This document shows, piece after piece, positions 30,123 through 39,821 of a stretch of 64,000 bases of DNA. Source of the DNA: an uncultured Anaerolineales bacterium (GTDB lineage Bacteria; Chloroflexota; Anaerolineae; B4-G1; SLSP01). Location: NCBI GenBank assembly GCA_964501335.1, contig CAZCTC010000010.1, forward strand, positions 1-64,000, read 5' to 3'. Made by a program: the position numbers and the translations under genes. The notes beneath the pieces were generated by a model. The model did no database searches. It saw nothing but the letters and a program-made list of their open reading frames with translations, and was not told where the DNA came from. Position 1 is the stretch's first letter; the number at the start of each line of letters is the position of its first letter.

Positions 30123-30882
30123 ATCGTTTTTTTCCAGGATTAAGGCCAGAGTTAAGGAAACCGCTGAGGGTGTCCATAAAGGATTTCAGGAAGAGCGGGC
30201 GACCAGCGCGGTGCCTTTAATGGTGCGTTTGAATGACGGCCGGATTGTGGTTGAGTTATCTGCCGATATGGTATCGCGTTATCGATTGCTTTATACACGA
30301 ATGTCCCGAGGGGTGGGGCTGCCGAAACGGATTGGATTGCAGGCTACGTTGCGAGGGGAAGGGGTAACAACGGTAGCTCTGGGATTGGCGGCGGTGTTGG
30401 CCAGTGACTTAGAAGCTGATGTTTGTATGGTGGAGACGAATTTTTGGTGGCCGGGCCCGATTTCAGGCCGGTTCCATTCCGGTCTGGCCGATGTGGTCAC
30501 TGAAAAGTTGCAGGTTGAGGCGGCGGTCGTTTTTACGGCCCGGCGGAATTTGGGGGTACTTCCGGCGGGTGAGGTGGAGCCCGGGCTTCGTTCGGCCTTA
30601 GTCCGAAGTCAGGCTTTAGGGCGGGCTTTTGATGTGTTGGGAGAACGTTTTGATTATCTGGTGATCGATTTGCCGGCGGTGCTGGCCTGTGGGGATGCGG
30701 TACCTTTGGCGGAACAATCGGATGTGCTCTATTGGGTGGTGCGGCAAGGTGTAACGCCGTTGCCTTTGATTCGTCAGGCTCTGGAAGAAGTGGCACATCT
30801 GCCCGTGCAGGGATTGATCCTCAATGGAGCGCGTTCTAATTTGCCTTCCCGCTTATTGAACTGGTTAGGAGAGCCCCTGTGA
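30112..30882 (+). CDS. BY-kinase-like P-loop ATPase domain protein with a degenerate Walker A (CapB/CpsD-like pseudo-kinase)
   Basis: Architecture matches CpsD/CapB. Walker A is GEGVTT with no Lys, and Walker A' is VETNF instead of DxD. Walker B DYLVIDLPAV is retained. Confidence 0.5.
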   Translation: MEIESFFSRIKARVKETAEGVHKGFQEERATSAVPLMVRLNDGRIVVELSADMVSRYRLLYTRMSRGVGLPKRIGLQATLRGEGVTTVALGLAAVLASDLEADVCMVETNFWWPGPISGRFHSGLADVVTEKLQVEAAVVFTARRNLGVLPAGEVEPGLRSALVRSQALGRAFDVLGERFDYLVIDLPAVLACGDAVPLAEQSDVLYWVVRQGVTPLPLIRQALEEVAHLPVQGLILNGARSNLPSRLLNWLGEPL

Positions 30883-31137
30883 AATTTTTCCTTTTTTATC
30901 TGATTGCGATTTTTGTTTTAGGAATCTATCAGCAAAATAAACTCCCGCTTTCTCGGGGAAAACTGATGGGAATTGCTTTGCTCGTCTGTATGGGATATTT
31001 TTTCCTGAATCTTATCTAGCGGTGATTGAGAATTTCTGGCAGGAGAAAATCAAGTGGTGGTTAGCAGGGTTGGGAAGTACAACATTGAATATTGTCTGAA
31101 CCGTCAACAAGGGATTTTAAGAACCTGGGTTGGCGGG

Positions 31138-32601
31138 ATGGTTCTTGTGAGTTTGTTTTGGGGCAGTGGTATGTTGTTCCTGGGAGTTTCTCCGGTTGCG
31201 ATGGCTTGGCTGATCTTTTTTGTCGGTGTGATCCTTATTATCCTTCAACCCCGGTATGGACTTTATTTGATACTTTTTTTCTCTTTGTTGGGGGACAGTT
31301 TTTTAATGCCCTGGTATCCTTTTGTGAAAAACTTTTCCAGTTCGGAATCGATTTTCTATGTGCAGGATACGTTGATTTTTTCACCGGCAGAAGCTTATCT
31401 GGTGTTGGTTTTGTTGTCGTGGGGATTGCGGCTTTGGCCGGTGCGGCGATTGCCCTGTCATGGGGGAGCCTTGGGTTTGCCTTTTGGGATGTTTTCATTG
31501 AGTCTGGCGGTGGGGATCGGGTACGGGATTTTCCGAGGGGGGAATTTAAATATCGCTTTGTGGGAAGTGCGTCCTATTTTTTATTTTCCTTTGGTTTATT
31601 TGTTGACGGTCAATTTAATTACGGAACGGGTTCATATTTCGACGCTGGTTTGGAGTGTGATACTGGCTCTTGGATTGAAAGGCTTGATCGGAGTCCATTA
31701 TTTCCTGATTGTGCGGGGCGGGGATTTGGGAGGATTGGAAGCTATTACGGATCATGCTGCGGCGGTTCATATGAATAGCTTATTTGTGATGGCTTTGAAT
31801 TTCTGGATATTTCGGGGTACTTCATCGATTAAGAAGCTGGGCTTATTGGTGTTGTTGCCGGGAGTGGCGCTCACGTATCTGGCAACCCAGCGCCGGGCAG
31901 CGTTTGTGGGATTGGCGTTGGCGTTTGGGTTGATAGCCATTGTGCTTTATCGGGAAAACCGCCGGCTTTTTTGGACTCTGGTTCCTCCCCTGACCATTTT
32001 AGCTTTGTTATATCTGGGAGCTTTTTGGAATAATTCGGGTTTGTTGGGGATGCCGGCCCGGGGAATTCGTTCGGTTTTCTTTGCTGAGCAAAACAGCAAG
32101 GATTATACCTCGAATATGGCGCGGGTTGTGGAGAATATCAATACAAATTTCACGATCCATCGGGCTCCGTTGGGGGTGGGGTTTGGCAATCCATTTCTTA
32201 TTGTAGCGACGATGCCGGATATCAGTTTTTTTATCTGGTGGCAGTACATAACGCATAATTCAGTTTTATGGATCTGGATGCAAACCGGGGTGATCGGTTT
32301 CTTTTCGTTGATGTTTTTGATAGAAAGCATCATCTTGTTGGGGATCAGAGTGTCAGGCACTGTAAGCGATGGAGAATTGAAAGCGATTGCTTTAACCTGG
32401 TTGCTTTATGTCATCATGCATTTTGTCTATGCCTATGTAGATATGTCCTGGGACAGCCAGAGTATGTTGTATCTGGGAAGTGCTGCCGGCGGATTGAGTG
32501 TCTTGATGGAGGCGCCGTTTGCCCGGAGTAATCAGAAGATAGATCAAAAGAAGCTGCTAAAGAAAACACCTTATTGGGAACTGAGAAAGAGCTATGAATA
32601 A
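31138..32601 (+). CDS. O-antigen ligase/polymerase (Wzy/WaaL-like) polytopic membrane protein
   Basis: Multi-TM protein with a large periplasmic loop, sitting in a polysaccharide locus. Start uncertain (ORF opens at 31054 with GTG; first ATG at 31138). Confidence 0.5.
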   Translation: MVLVSLFWGSGMLFLGVSPVAMAWLIFFVGVILIILQPRYGLYLILFFSLLGDSFLMPWYPFVKNFSSSESIFYVQDTLIFSPAEAYLVLVLLSWGLRLWPVRRLPCHGGALGLPFGMFSLSLAVGIGYGIFRGGNLNIALWEVRPIFYFPLVYLLTVNLITERVHISTLVWSVILALGLKGLIGVHYFLIVRGGDLGGLEAITDHAAAVHMNSLFVMALNFWIFRGTSSIKKLGLLVLLPGVALTYLATQRRAAFVGLALAFGLIAIVLYRENRRLFWTLVPPLTILALLYLGAFWNNSGLLGMPARGIRSVFFAEQNSKDYTSNMARVVENINTNFTIHRAPLGVGFGNPFLIVATMPDISFFIWWQYITHNSVLWIWMQTGVIGFFSLMFLIESIILLGIRVSGTVSDGELKAIALTWLLYVIMHFVYAYVDMSWDSQSMLYLGSAAGGLSVLMEAPFARSNQKIDQKKLLKKTPYWELRKSYE

Positions 32602-33160
32602 GTTTCAACAGTTTATGAAAGATGAGTTGATCGGTTTTAATCCCCGGCTTCACCTGGCCCAATTTTTGGGAAATTTGTGGCCGTTTTATACGGGGAATCG
32701 TGGGCGGGCCACTTTATTGAGGATGCTGGGGTTTCAGGTAGGCTCGGGAACTTTCTTTTTGGGGATGCCTTTGTTAACCGGCGTTGGTCCGATTCACGAG
32801 CGTTTGCATGTGGGTTCTGCCTGCTGGTTTAACATCAAGATCTTGATCAATTTGGGAGCTGAGGTCGTGATAGAAGATCAGGTTTCTGTGGGCCATGAGA
32901 CGATGATTTTAACGGAAACGCATGACTTAGGCGAACCGGACCGTCGATGTGGGACTCGCCATGCTTTGCCGGTGTATGTCGGAAAAGGGGCCTGGTTGGG
33001 ATCACGGGTGATGGTTCTGCCGGGGGTGACTATCGGGGCGGGGGCTGTTGTGGGGGCAGGGGCCCTGGTGGCTCATGATGTACCAGTCAATACACTGGTT
33101 GCCGGGGTGCCGGCGAAAGTGATTCGGGAATTGCCCGATCGGGCAATGAGGGACGGATGA
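32594..33160 (+). CDS. Hexapeptide-repeat (LbH) sugar O-acetyltransferase
   Basis: Left-handed beta-helix repeats VGHETMILTETHDL..GKGAWLGSRVMVLPGVTIGAGAVVGAGALV, as in maltose/galactoside acetyltransferase. Confidence 0.75.
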   Translation: MNKFQQFMKDELIGFNPRLHLAQFLGNLWPFYTGNRGRATLLRMLGFQVGSGTFFLGMPLLTGVGPIHERLHVGSACWFNIKILINLGAEVVIEDQVSVGHETMILTETHDLGEPDRRCGTRHALPVYVGKGAWLGSRVMVLPGVTIGAGAVVGAGALVAHDVPVNTLVAGVPAKVIRELPDRAMRDG

Positions 33161-33696
33161 ACTTCAAGCGGGTCTGGCAGGATGGCAATGCCGTATTACG
33201 GGCCTGGTGGTATTTGCGGCAGGCCGATGTTTTAGGGGAGCGGGCCCGGGTATGGGGCCACCCTATTATTACTAAAAATGGAATTCTAGAGGTGGGAACT
33301 CGTTTACGGTTGGTAGCGACGGTGGCCCGGACTGAGTTAGCGATTGGTCCGGAAGGTCATCTGGTCATCGGGGATGAAGTATTTATCAATTATGGCAGTT
33401 CTATTGCCGCTCAACAAAGGGTGGAGATTGGAAATCACTGTTCTTTAGGAACCTATGTTTTGATTATGGATAACGATTTTCACCAGGTAGATCCTGAATT
33501 GCGCAATGTTCTTCCGGCAGCGCAGCCGATCATTCTGGAGGACAATGTGTGGTTGGGAGCGCGGGTGATTGTTCTCAAAGGGGTAAGGATTGGACGGGAT
33601 AGCGTCATTGGCGCTGGCAGTGTGGTGACCCGAGATATTCCTCCGTATAGTGTTGCTGCGGGGGTTCCAGCACGGGTAATTAGAGCTGTAAAGTGA
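33157..33696 (+). CDS. Hexapeptide-repeat (LbH) acetyltransferase
   Basis: Hexapeptide repeats IGNHCSLGTYVLIMD..VWLGARVIVLKGVRIGRDSVIGAGSVV. Overlaps the upstream stop. Confidence 0.75.
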   Translation: MNFKRVWQDGNAVLRAWWYLRQADVLGERARVWGHPIITKNGILEVGTRLRLVATVARTELAIGPEGHLVIGDEVFINYGSSIAAQQRVEIGNHCSLGTYVLIMDNDFHQVDPELRNVLPAAQPIILEDNVWLGARVIVLKGVRIGRDSVIGAGSVVTRDIPPYSVAAGVPARVIRAVK

Positions 33697-33744
33697 ACCG
33701 TATGGGAACGGTAAAACCGGTGTGATTAATAAGGTAGGGCAAAT

Positions 33745-34704
33745 ATGGCACAGATTGATGTAATTATTCCAACTCGAAATCGGGGCTTTCTGATTGCGGG
33801 GACGTTGCAAAGCCTTCAGGCTTCTAATTTCAGCGATTTCCATGTCTGGATCGCGGATCAAAGTACCAATTCAGAAACCGCAAATGCAGTGGCGGAATTG
33901 GTGGGAACGGATGCTCGTTTTACTTATTTATATGCGAATACGCAGGGAAGTAATCGAGGGCGGAATTTGGGATTGCAGTTCAGCAATGCCCCTTTAGTGG
34001 CTTTTACAGACGATGATTGTCGAGTCGATCCTGATTGGTTGGGCAAGCTAGTCTCTGAGTATGATCAGGATTCTCGTGCCTGGGCCGTTTTTGGACAGAT
34101 ATTGCCCGATACCAATTCTTCAATGTGTCAGAAGGAAGAACGTTTACGGCAGGCGATTCCCATTGCCTTGAAAGGCAGTATGGAACGAAAGGTTTTTGAA
34201 GGGAATCGTTTCAATCTGGGCTTTGGCCATGGGGCAAATATGTCTTTTCGGAGAGTTGTTTTTACCTGCGTGGGGCCGTTCGATGAATTGTTGGGAACCG
34301 GCGCTCCTTTGCGAGCCTGGCCGGAACGTGATCTGGGGTATCGGATTTTAGTGGCCGGCGGACGGATTATTTACACACCTGAAGCCCGGGTGACCCATTG
34401 TCATTGGCGAAGCTGGGACGAAGTCAGAAAAACCTATCGGAATTATGCAATCGGTACCGGGGCGGCGGTGATTAAATATTGGCGCCATGGAGATCGTAAA
34501 TCCCTACTTTTGTTGGGGGAATGGTTATGGAGTCAGGGGGTTCGTCAGATGGCTTCCGGTCTGTTTAAGTGGCATAGCTGGCAGAAGGTGGTGGTGGGCG
34601 CTTTGCAACTGGTTTACCCTTTTTGGGGAATCTGGCATGGGTTACGCTATCCAATTTCTAAGGAATATTGCATTTATCAATGGCCGCGAAAAACTGGAGT
34701 TTGA
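33745..34704 (+). CDS. Glycosyltransferase family 2
   Basis: DVIIPTRNRGFL..FTDDDC (GT-A DxD). Confidence 0.8.
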   Translation: MAQIDVIIPTRNRGFLIAGTLQSLQASNFSDFHVWIADQSTNSETANAVAELVGTDARFTYLYANTQGSNRGRNLGLQFSNAPLVAFTDDDCRVDPDWLGKLVSEYDQDSRAWAVFGQILPDTNSSMCQKEERLRQAIPIALKGSMERKVFEGNRFNLGFGHGANMSFRRVVFTCVGPFDELLGTGAPLRAWPERDLGYRILVAGGRIIYTPEARVTHCHWRSWDEVRKTYRNYAIGTGAAVIKYWRHGDRKSLLLLGEWLWSQGVRQMASGLFKWHSWQKVVVGALQLVYPFWGIWHGLRYPISKEYCIYQWPRKTGV

Positions 34705-34705
34705 A

Positions 34706-35737
34706 ATGGTGGAATTAAGCATCATTATTCCAACCTTTAATCGTTTACAGCAGTTGCAACGGGTTTTAGATGCGTTGGAAAATCAAACTTTTCCTGTAGA
34801 ACGTTTTGAAGTGGTCGTAGTTTCTGATGGATCGAATGACGGGACGAATGAGTATCTGAAGAATTTCCATCCACCTTTTACTTTTTCCCCTTTGATTCAA
34901 TCCAATCAGGGTCCGGCGGCCGCGCGGAACCACGGTATTGAACTGGCTCAGGGCAAATGGATTCTCTTTTTAGATGACGATGTGGTTCCAATGCCGGAAT
35001 TGGTGGCTGAACACAGACGGATGCTGGATCAGGATGAAAACATTGTCGTGTTAGGACCGATGTTGATTCCTCCTAAAGTCCAGTTGGAGCCCTGGATTGT
35101 GTGGGAAGCGCGAATGTTGGAGAAGCAGTACCGGGCCATGCAGGCCGGTTTGTGGGTTTCTACCGCTCGTCAGTTCTATACAGGAAATACCTCATTGGCT
35201 CGTCGTCATCTTGTGGAAGCCGGAGGATTTGACGCCAGATTTTATCGGGCTGAAGATGTGGAACTGGCCTATCGATTGGCAGAATTAGGGTTAAGGTTTG
35301 TTTTTGTGCCGGAGGCCGTGGGATATCATTATGCCCGGCGGAGCTTTCAGTCCTGGTTTAACATCGCCTATGCTTATGGGCGATATGATGTGATTATTTC
35401 TCAGCAAAAAGGTCGATCCTGGCTACTGTCAGCTGTGTTGTGGGAGTTTTGGGAACGAAGTGTTTTGATTCAATCGCTGGTCCGTTTTTGTTTGGGGCGG
35501 CCCTGTTTAAGCATGCATTGTATCAACGATTTGAAGCGTATGGCGATTTTGGGAAATCGAGTGCGATGGGAGCAGATTTCTCAGTTTGCTTACAGCGGGA
35601 TCTTCAATTTGCGTTATTACCAGGGGGTGGCGGATACCCTGGGCGGAGCGGCAAATTTTTGGCGGGCCGTGACCGTCGAGCGAAATCAACGGAAAATACA
35701 TTGTGCCTGCGTCATGCGGAGAGAATCTGATGTTTAA
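34706..35737 (+). CDS. Glycosyltransferase family 2
   Basis: LSIIIPTFNR..VVVSDGSNDGT..FLDDDV. Start reassigned to ATG 34706 immediately after the upstream TGA. The ORF's 5' part lies in another frame relative to the upstream gene. Confidence 0.8.
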   Translation: MVELSIIIPTFNRLQQLQRVLDALENQTFPVERFEVVVVSDGSNDGTNEYLKNFHPPFTFSPLIQSNQGPAAARNHGIELAQGKWILFLDDDVVPMPELVAEHRRMLDQDENIVVLGPMLIPPKVQLEPWIVWEARMLEKQYRAMQAGLWVSTARQFYTGNTSLARRHLVEAGGFDARFYRAEDVELAYRLAELGLRFVFVPEAVGYHYARRSFQSWFNIAYAYGRYDVIISQQKGRSWLLSAVLWEFWERSVLIQSLVRFCLGRPCLSMHCINDLKRMAILGNRVRWEQISQFAYSGIFNLRYYQGVADTLGGAANFWRAVTVERNQRKIHCACVMRRESDV

Positions 35738-36299
35738 AACCGTGTGTGAGGATTTGCGGCGGTGGGTGGTTCCGGGGCAGATTGTTCCTGATGCGGCGTT
35801 GACCTGGCCTGTGATTGTCCGGTTGTTTTTTTATCATCTTCCAGTGCGCGCGGTGGTTGTTTTCAGACTGGCTAACTGGTGTAAGCGGCATCGAGTTCCC
35901 TTTTTTCCGGGTTTTTTACAACGCTATATTTATCAACATTATGGCCTGGAGATTTCTTCGGGAGCTGAAATTGGAGGGGGACTTTATATTGCCCATCCGG
36001 TGGGATGTGTGATCGGTGCCCGGAAAATCGGGCGCAATTGCAGTGTGATTGCAGCGGTGACCATTGGCATGCGTAATACCTGGGCTTTTCCCGTGATCGG
36101 CGACAATGTCACCATCGGGGCCGGCGCTCGCGTTCTTGGGGATCTCCGGATTGGAAATGATGTGACGATTGGAGCCAATGCGGTGGTCATCCATGATGTT
36201 CCGGATGGTGCTACCGTTGTGGGGATGCCGGCTCGTCCCATTAAGATTTATGGGCAACCGTTGATTCCTGTTTCTGAAAAGTCGGTAGGAGAAGGTTAA
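35730..36299 (+). CDS. Serine O-acetyltransferase-like hexapeptide acyltransferase
   Basis: GAEIGGGLYIAHPVGCVIGA..IGDNVTIGAGARVLGDLRIGNDVTIGANAVV is CysE-like. Confidence 0.7.
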   Translation: MFKTVCEDLRRWVVPGQIVPDAALTWPVIVRLFFYHLPVRAVVVFRLANWCKRHRVPFFPGFLQRYIYQHYGLEISSGAEIGGGLYIAHPVGCVIGARKIGRNCSVIAAVTIGMRNTWAFPVIGDNVTIGAGARVLGDLRIGNDVTIGANAVVIHDVPDGATVVGMPARPIKIYGQPLIPVSEKSVGEG

Positions 36300-37336
36300 T
36301 GGTAAAGAGCAGTCGGGTTAGTCAATGGGGGATGGGCATGATGTTCCTTTTATTAGGAAGCGGTTGTCTGGCGAAAACTGTGACGGCTCTGCCCCCTATC
36401 CCGCCTACGGTGGCCCCTTTTTTCGCTCCGGATTCTCAAGTTTCTATGGCGACTGCGTTACCCTCTGTTTTGACGCCCTCGGCGACAGCTCCGCCTCCGG
36501 CGACTGCGGTTGCCCCGATGATTCCGACCGCAACTCAAAGTGTTGTACCCGAGCCTTCCGTTTCTCCATTTCCATCATCGACCGTCATTCCGTCACCTTC
36601 GCCGACCGGGTTACCGGCTCCCACTGCCGCACCGACAGTTCTTTATTCTACAGCTACCCCTACATCTGTTCCTGTACCCCTTTCACCAACTCCATTTAAG
36701 CCGACTGCTACGTTGGTTCCGGTTGCAGCGACGCCCACGATTTCGGTTCAACCGATGCCTTCGCCTACGTCCGTGGCGCCGGGGATTGTTTCAGGGACAA
36801 TCGAAGTTTATTCCGAAACATTGGCGTCCGGGTGGAGTTTTATGGATAGTTCAGTGGTGACCGTCACGACCAATACGCGGACTTATTTTCACAGTGGGAC
36901 CCGTTCTTTGTCTTTTGGCCCCTGGCGGGATTACGGTTTTTTGTTTTTGACGGTACTTTCCGGTGCTCCGGTGAAATATCGTCGGGATCAGATTCAGGGG
37001 GTGCGTTTCTGGATTTCTGCGGGAGCCGATGTGCTTGATCCTGAGGATCTGGCTGTCGCGGTGGTAGGAAGCAATGATTATCCTTATTACATTAAAGGCG
37101 ATCATTCGGTTGAACCTTTAACGGTAGGCCAACCCACTTTTTCGGAGACCCGCCTTTCTTACCTGGGGCTTAATCGTGCTATTCCCGCCGGCCAATGGGC
37201 AGAAATTACGATCTGGTTGGATGATTTGCAATTTGACCCGGATTATACCTACATTACCGGGATCTATTTAAAAAATGATGCGGGTGTGAGGAGTACATTT
37301 TTCATCGATGAATTGACCTTTATTTCTTATCCTTAA
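36299..37336 (+). CDS. Secreted/lipoprotein with a Pro/Thr/Ser-rich linker and a C-terminal beta-sandwich-like domain homologous to the N-terminus of the next gene
   Basis: Signal plus LLGSGC. The C-terminal domain (GWSF..RFWISAG..FIDELTF) shares motifs with 37353-ORF residues about 50-250 (GWSV..RFWLSVD..VDDIEL). Confidence 0.5.
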   Translation: MVKSSRVSQWGMGMMFLLLGSGCLAKTVTALPPIPPTVAPFFAPDSQVSMATALPSVLTPSATAPPPATAVAPMIPTATQSVVPEPSVSPFPSSTVIPSPSPTGLPAPTAAPTVLYSTATPTSVPVPLSPTPFKPTATLVPVAATPTISVQPMPSPTSVAPGIVSGTIEVYSETLASGWSFMDSSVVTVTTNTRTYFHSGTRSLSFGPWRDYGFLFLTVLSGAPVKYRRDQIQGVRFWISAGADVLDPEDLAVAVVGSNDYPYYIKGDHSVEPLTVGQPTFSETRLSYLGLNRAIPAGQWAEITIWLDDLQFDPDYTYITGIYLKNDAGVRSTFFIDELTFISYP

Positions 37337-37352
37337 TGGAAGGAACGGTTTT

Positions 37353-39782
37353 ATGAGATTTCGAAGATTTTGGATTTTTATCACGCTGATTTTATGGGCG
37401 GGGTGTCAGAGTGGTGTAAATTCGGGAAATGCGATCCTGGAGCCCGGGGTTAACCGTTCGGTTTTGGCGACAGGAACTCCTTTGCTTTCTACCATAACCA
37501 CAAGTCCCATTTATGGAGATCAACTGGCCGTTGGATGGAGTGTGGATCGCAGCTGGGGGCTGGATTACGATCTCGAGGCGAAAGGGAATGTCCATGGGGG
37601 GCAATACGCCATTGCCGTGAGTCCGCATATGGATGATGCCGAGCTTTTGTTTTCAACCCGTGTCGATAGCGATATTTATGATCAATTTCATTTATTAGGG
37701 ATTCGGTTTTGGTTAAGTGTGGATGCGCCGCTGGATATGAATTCCCTGTCATTGGTCCTGGTGGAAGATATTCCTTTGCAGGGGACGGCGGCGAGTGCGG
37801 TTTCTACCCGAACCGTAGCGGTTCCTTTGACATCGTTAGGGATTGGCGATTTGCAGCCCTTCCAGTGGACTTTGGTTGAATTTTGGCTTTCAAAATTTTC
37901 CGATGCCGCTTTGCCGCGTTATTTCCGAGGGTTCTACCTTCAAAGCAGCGGGGAGCAATGGGTTTCTTTTCGAGTTGATGATATAGAGCTGATGGTTTTG
38001 CGCGATACGGTGGCTCCCATTTTGCTGGAAGTGAAAAATCCCGAGTTGGATCAGGTGGTGCTTTATTTCAGCAAGGATGTGAATCCTTATCTGGTAGCCA
38101 ATCCGGCTGTTTATCATATTTCTGTACGGGGTAACGGCAAGGATGAATCCATGGGCGTTGCGACCATTGATTATTCTCCTTTGCGGCGGGAGGCTCTATT
38201 GCATCTGGCAGAGCCATTGCATGCCGGTGAGACGTATCAGGTCGATATGGAGGGCCTTGCGGATCTTGCCTCCCCGCCGAATCTGTTGGTTTCCGAGCCG
38301 ATGACTTTTACGGCCGGGACCTTGATGGTTTTGATCGAGGCCGGGCAGCCTACCCATTCGATCAGCCCTTACGTTTATGGAGTGTCGGGATTGGATCCGG
38401 AATACATTGGAGATTTGCGCCCTGGTTTGATCAGTTGGGGGGGGAATCCCAGCAGCCGTTATAACTGGAAACTGGGCAATGCCTGGAGTGCCGCCCGCGA
38501 TTGGCAATATAAAAATGGAACGTATGACTATCAAGGTGCTTCCGCATCCGATGATTTTGTTCGGCGTAATCGTGAATGGGGAATTGGGACCCGGTTGGCT
38601 GTACCGACTTTAGGATGGGTAGCCCGGGATACCAGCTCTTGTTCTTTCCCGCAGGCCGACGGTAGTTGCGGCAATGCCGGCAATGCTACCTGTGATCATC
38701 CGGGCCCGATAGCTGATCCTTCTCAGAGCAGTGTGGCGGCCCCTCCTGAATTTGTGGCGGAATGGATTACGCATCTGGTCACAGATGTGCAGGGAGATTT
38801 AACTTTTGTGGCGATGGATAATGAGCCGGAACTTTGGGGGGTGACGCATTATGATGTGCATCCTACCTGTACGACCTATGATGAAATCCTTGAGCGTTTT
38901 GTTTCCTATGGCGAGGCGGTCAAAGCCGTTTCTCCCCAAAGCAAAATCGTCGGTCCTGTGACCTGCTGTTGGGCGTTTTACTGGAGCACCCTTGGGGGTA
39001 CGGTTGATAAGATAGCTCATGGAGGGGAAGATTTTCTGCCCTGGTTTTTAAAAGAGATGGCTGAATATGAAACTCGAACCGGAACCCGGCTTTTGGATTA
39101 TCTGGATATCCATTATTACCCGGAAGGGTTTTATTCGGATGATGTTCAGCCGGTTGTGGCGGAAGGTCGCTTGCGTTCCACACGTTCTTTATGGGATAAG
39201 AGTTTTAACGATGAATCCTGGATCAATCAACCCATTTATTTGATTCCCAGGATGAAGGAGATGATTGCCAAATATTATCCGGGAACCGGTTTTGGAATCA
39301 GCGAATGGAATTGGGGCGCGGATAAAACGATGAATGGGGCCTTGGCCATCGGCGATGTGTTGGGGATTTTGGGACGTGAAAATGTAGATTACGCGGCTTA
39401 CTGGCGTTATCCCGAGCCGGGAAGTGCCGGTTACAACGCTTTTAAGTTGTATACCAATTACGATGGGCAGGGAGGGCGCTTTGGCAATATTTCCGTACCG
39501 GCGTTTTCCAGCAATTCGAATTTGATCAGCGTTTATTCGACTTTGGATGAGAAACAGGAAAACCTTTATGTGATGTTGGTGCATAAGGGATTGGAGCGGC
39601 CCATGACTATTTTGGTTCAGGTGAAGGGCGTTTTGCCTGGAAGTAAAGGCCGTTGGTATCGGTTGGATCAGATGCAATCTCAGCAAATTACTTCCGGGGA
39701 GCTGGCGACAGGATCGCAGTTTGATCTGGAACTGTCGCCTTACTCGATTACTTTACTGGTGCTACCGTTGGAGGCTCAATAA
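37353..39782 (+). CDS. Lipoprotein glycoside hydrolase, GH44-like (clan GH-A)
   Basis: Signal plus ILWAGC lipobox. Catalytic-domain motifs SPYVYG..ISWGGNPSSRYNWKLGN and MDNEPELW (NEP acid/base) resemble GH44 endoglucanases. An N-terminal CBM-like domain is shared with the upstream gene. Confidence 0.5.
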   Translation: MRFRRFWIFITLILWAGCQSGVNSGNAILEPGVNRSVLATGTPLLSTITTSPIYGDQLAVGWSVDRSWGLDYDLEAKGNVHGGQYAIAVSPHMDDAELLFSTRVDSDIYDQFHLLGIRFWLSVDAPLDMNSLSLVLVEDIPLQGTAASAVSTRTVAVPLTSLGIGDLQPFQWTLVEFWLSKFSDAALPRYFRGFYLQSSGEQWVSFRVDDIELMVLRDTVAPILLEVKNPELDQVVLYFSKDVNPYLVANPAVYHISVRGNGKDESMGVATIDYSPLRREALLHLAEPLHAGETYQVDMEGLADLASPPNLLVSEPMTFTAGTLMVLIEAGQPTHSISPYVYGVSGLDPEYIGDLRPGLISWGGNPSSRYNWKLGNAWSAARDWQYKNGTYDYQGASASDDFVRRNREWGIGTRLAVPTLGWVARDTSSCSFPQADGSCGNAGNATCDHPGPIADPSQSSVAAPPEFVAEWITHLVTDVQGDLTFVAMDNEPELWGVTHYDVHPTCTTYDEILERFVSYGEAVKAVSPQSKIVGPVTCCWAFYWSTLGGTVDKIAHGGEDFLPWFLKEMAEYETRTGTRLLDYLDIHYYPEGFYSDDVQPVVAEGRLRSTRSLWDKSFNDESWINQPIYLIPRMKEMIAKYYPGTGFGISEWNWGADKTMNGALAIGDVLGILGRENVDYAAYWRYPEPGSAGYNAFKLYTNYDGQGGRFGNISVPAFSSNSNLISVYSTLDEKQENLYVMLVHKGLERPMTILVQVKGVLPGSKGRWYRLDQMQSQQITSGELATGSQFDLELSPYSITLLVLPLEAQ

Positions 39783-39821
39783 ACGGAAGTTTTTCTAACG
39801 GTAAAAGTAAATGGGGGGAAT

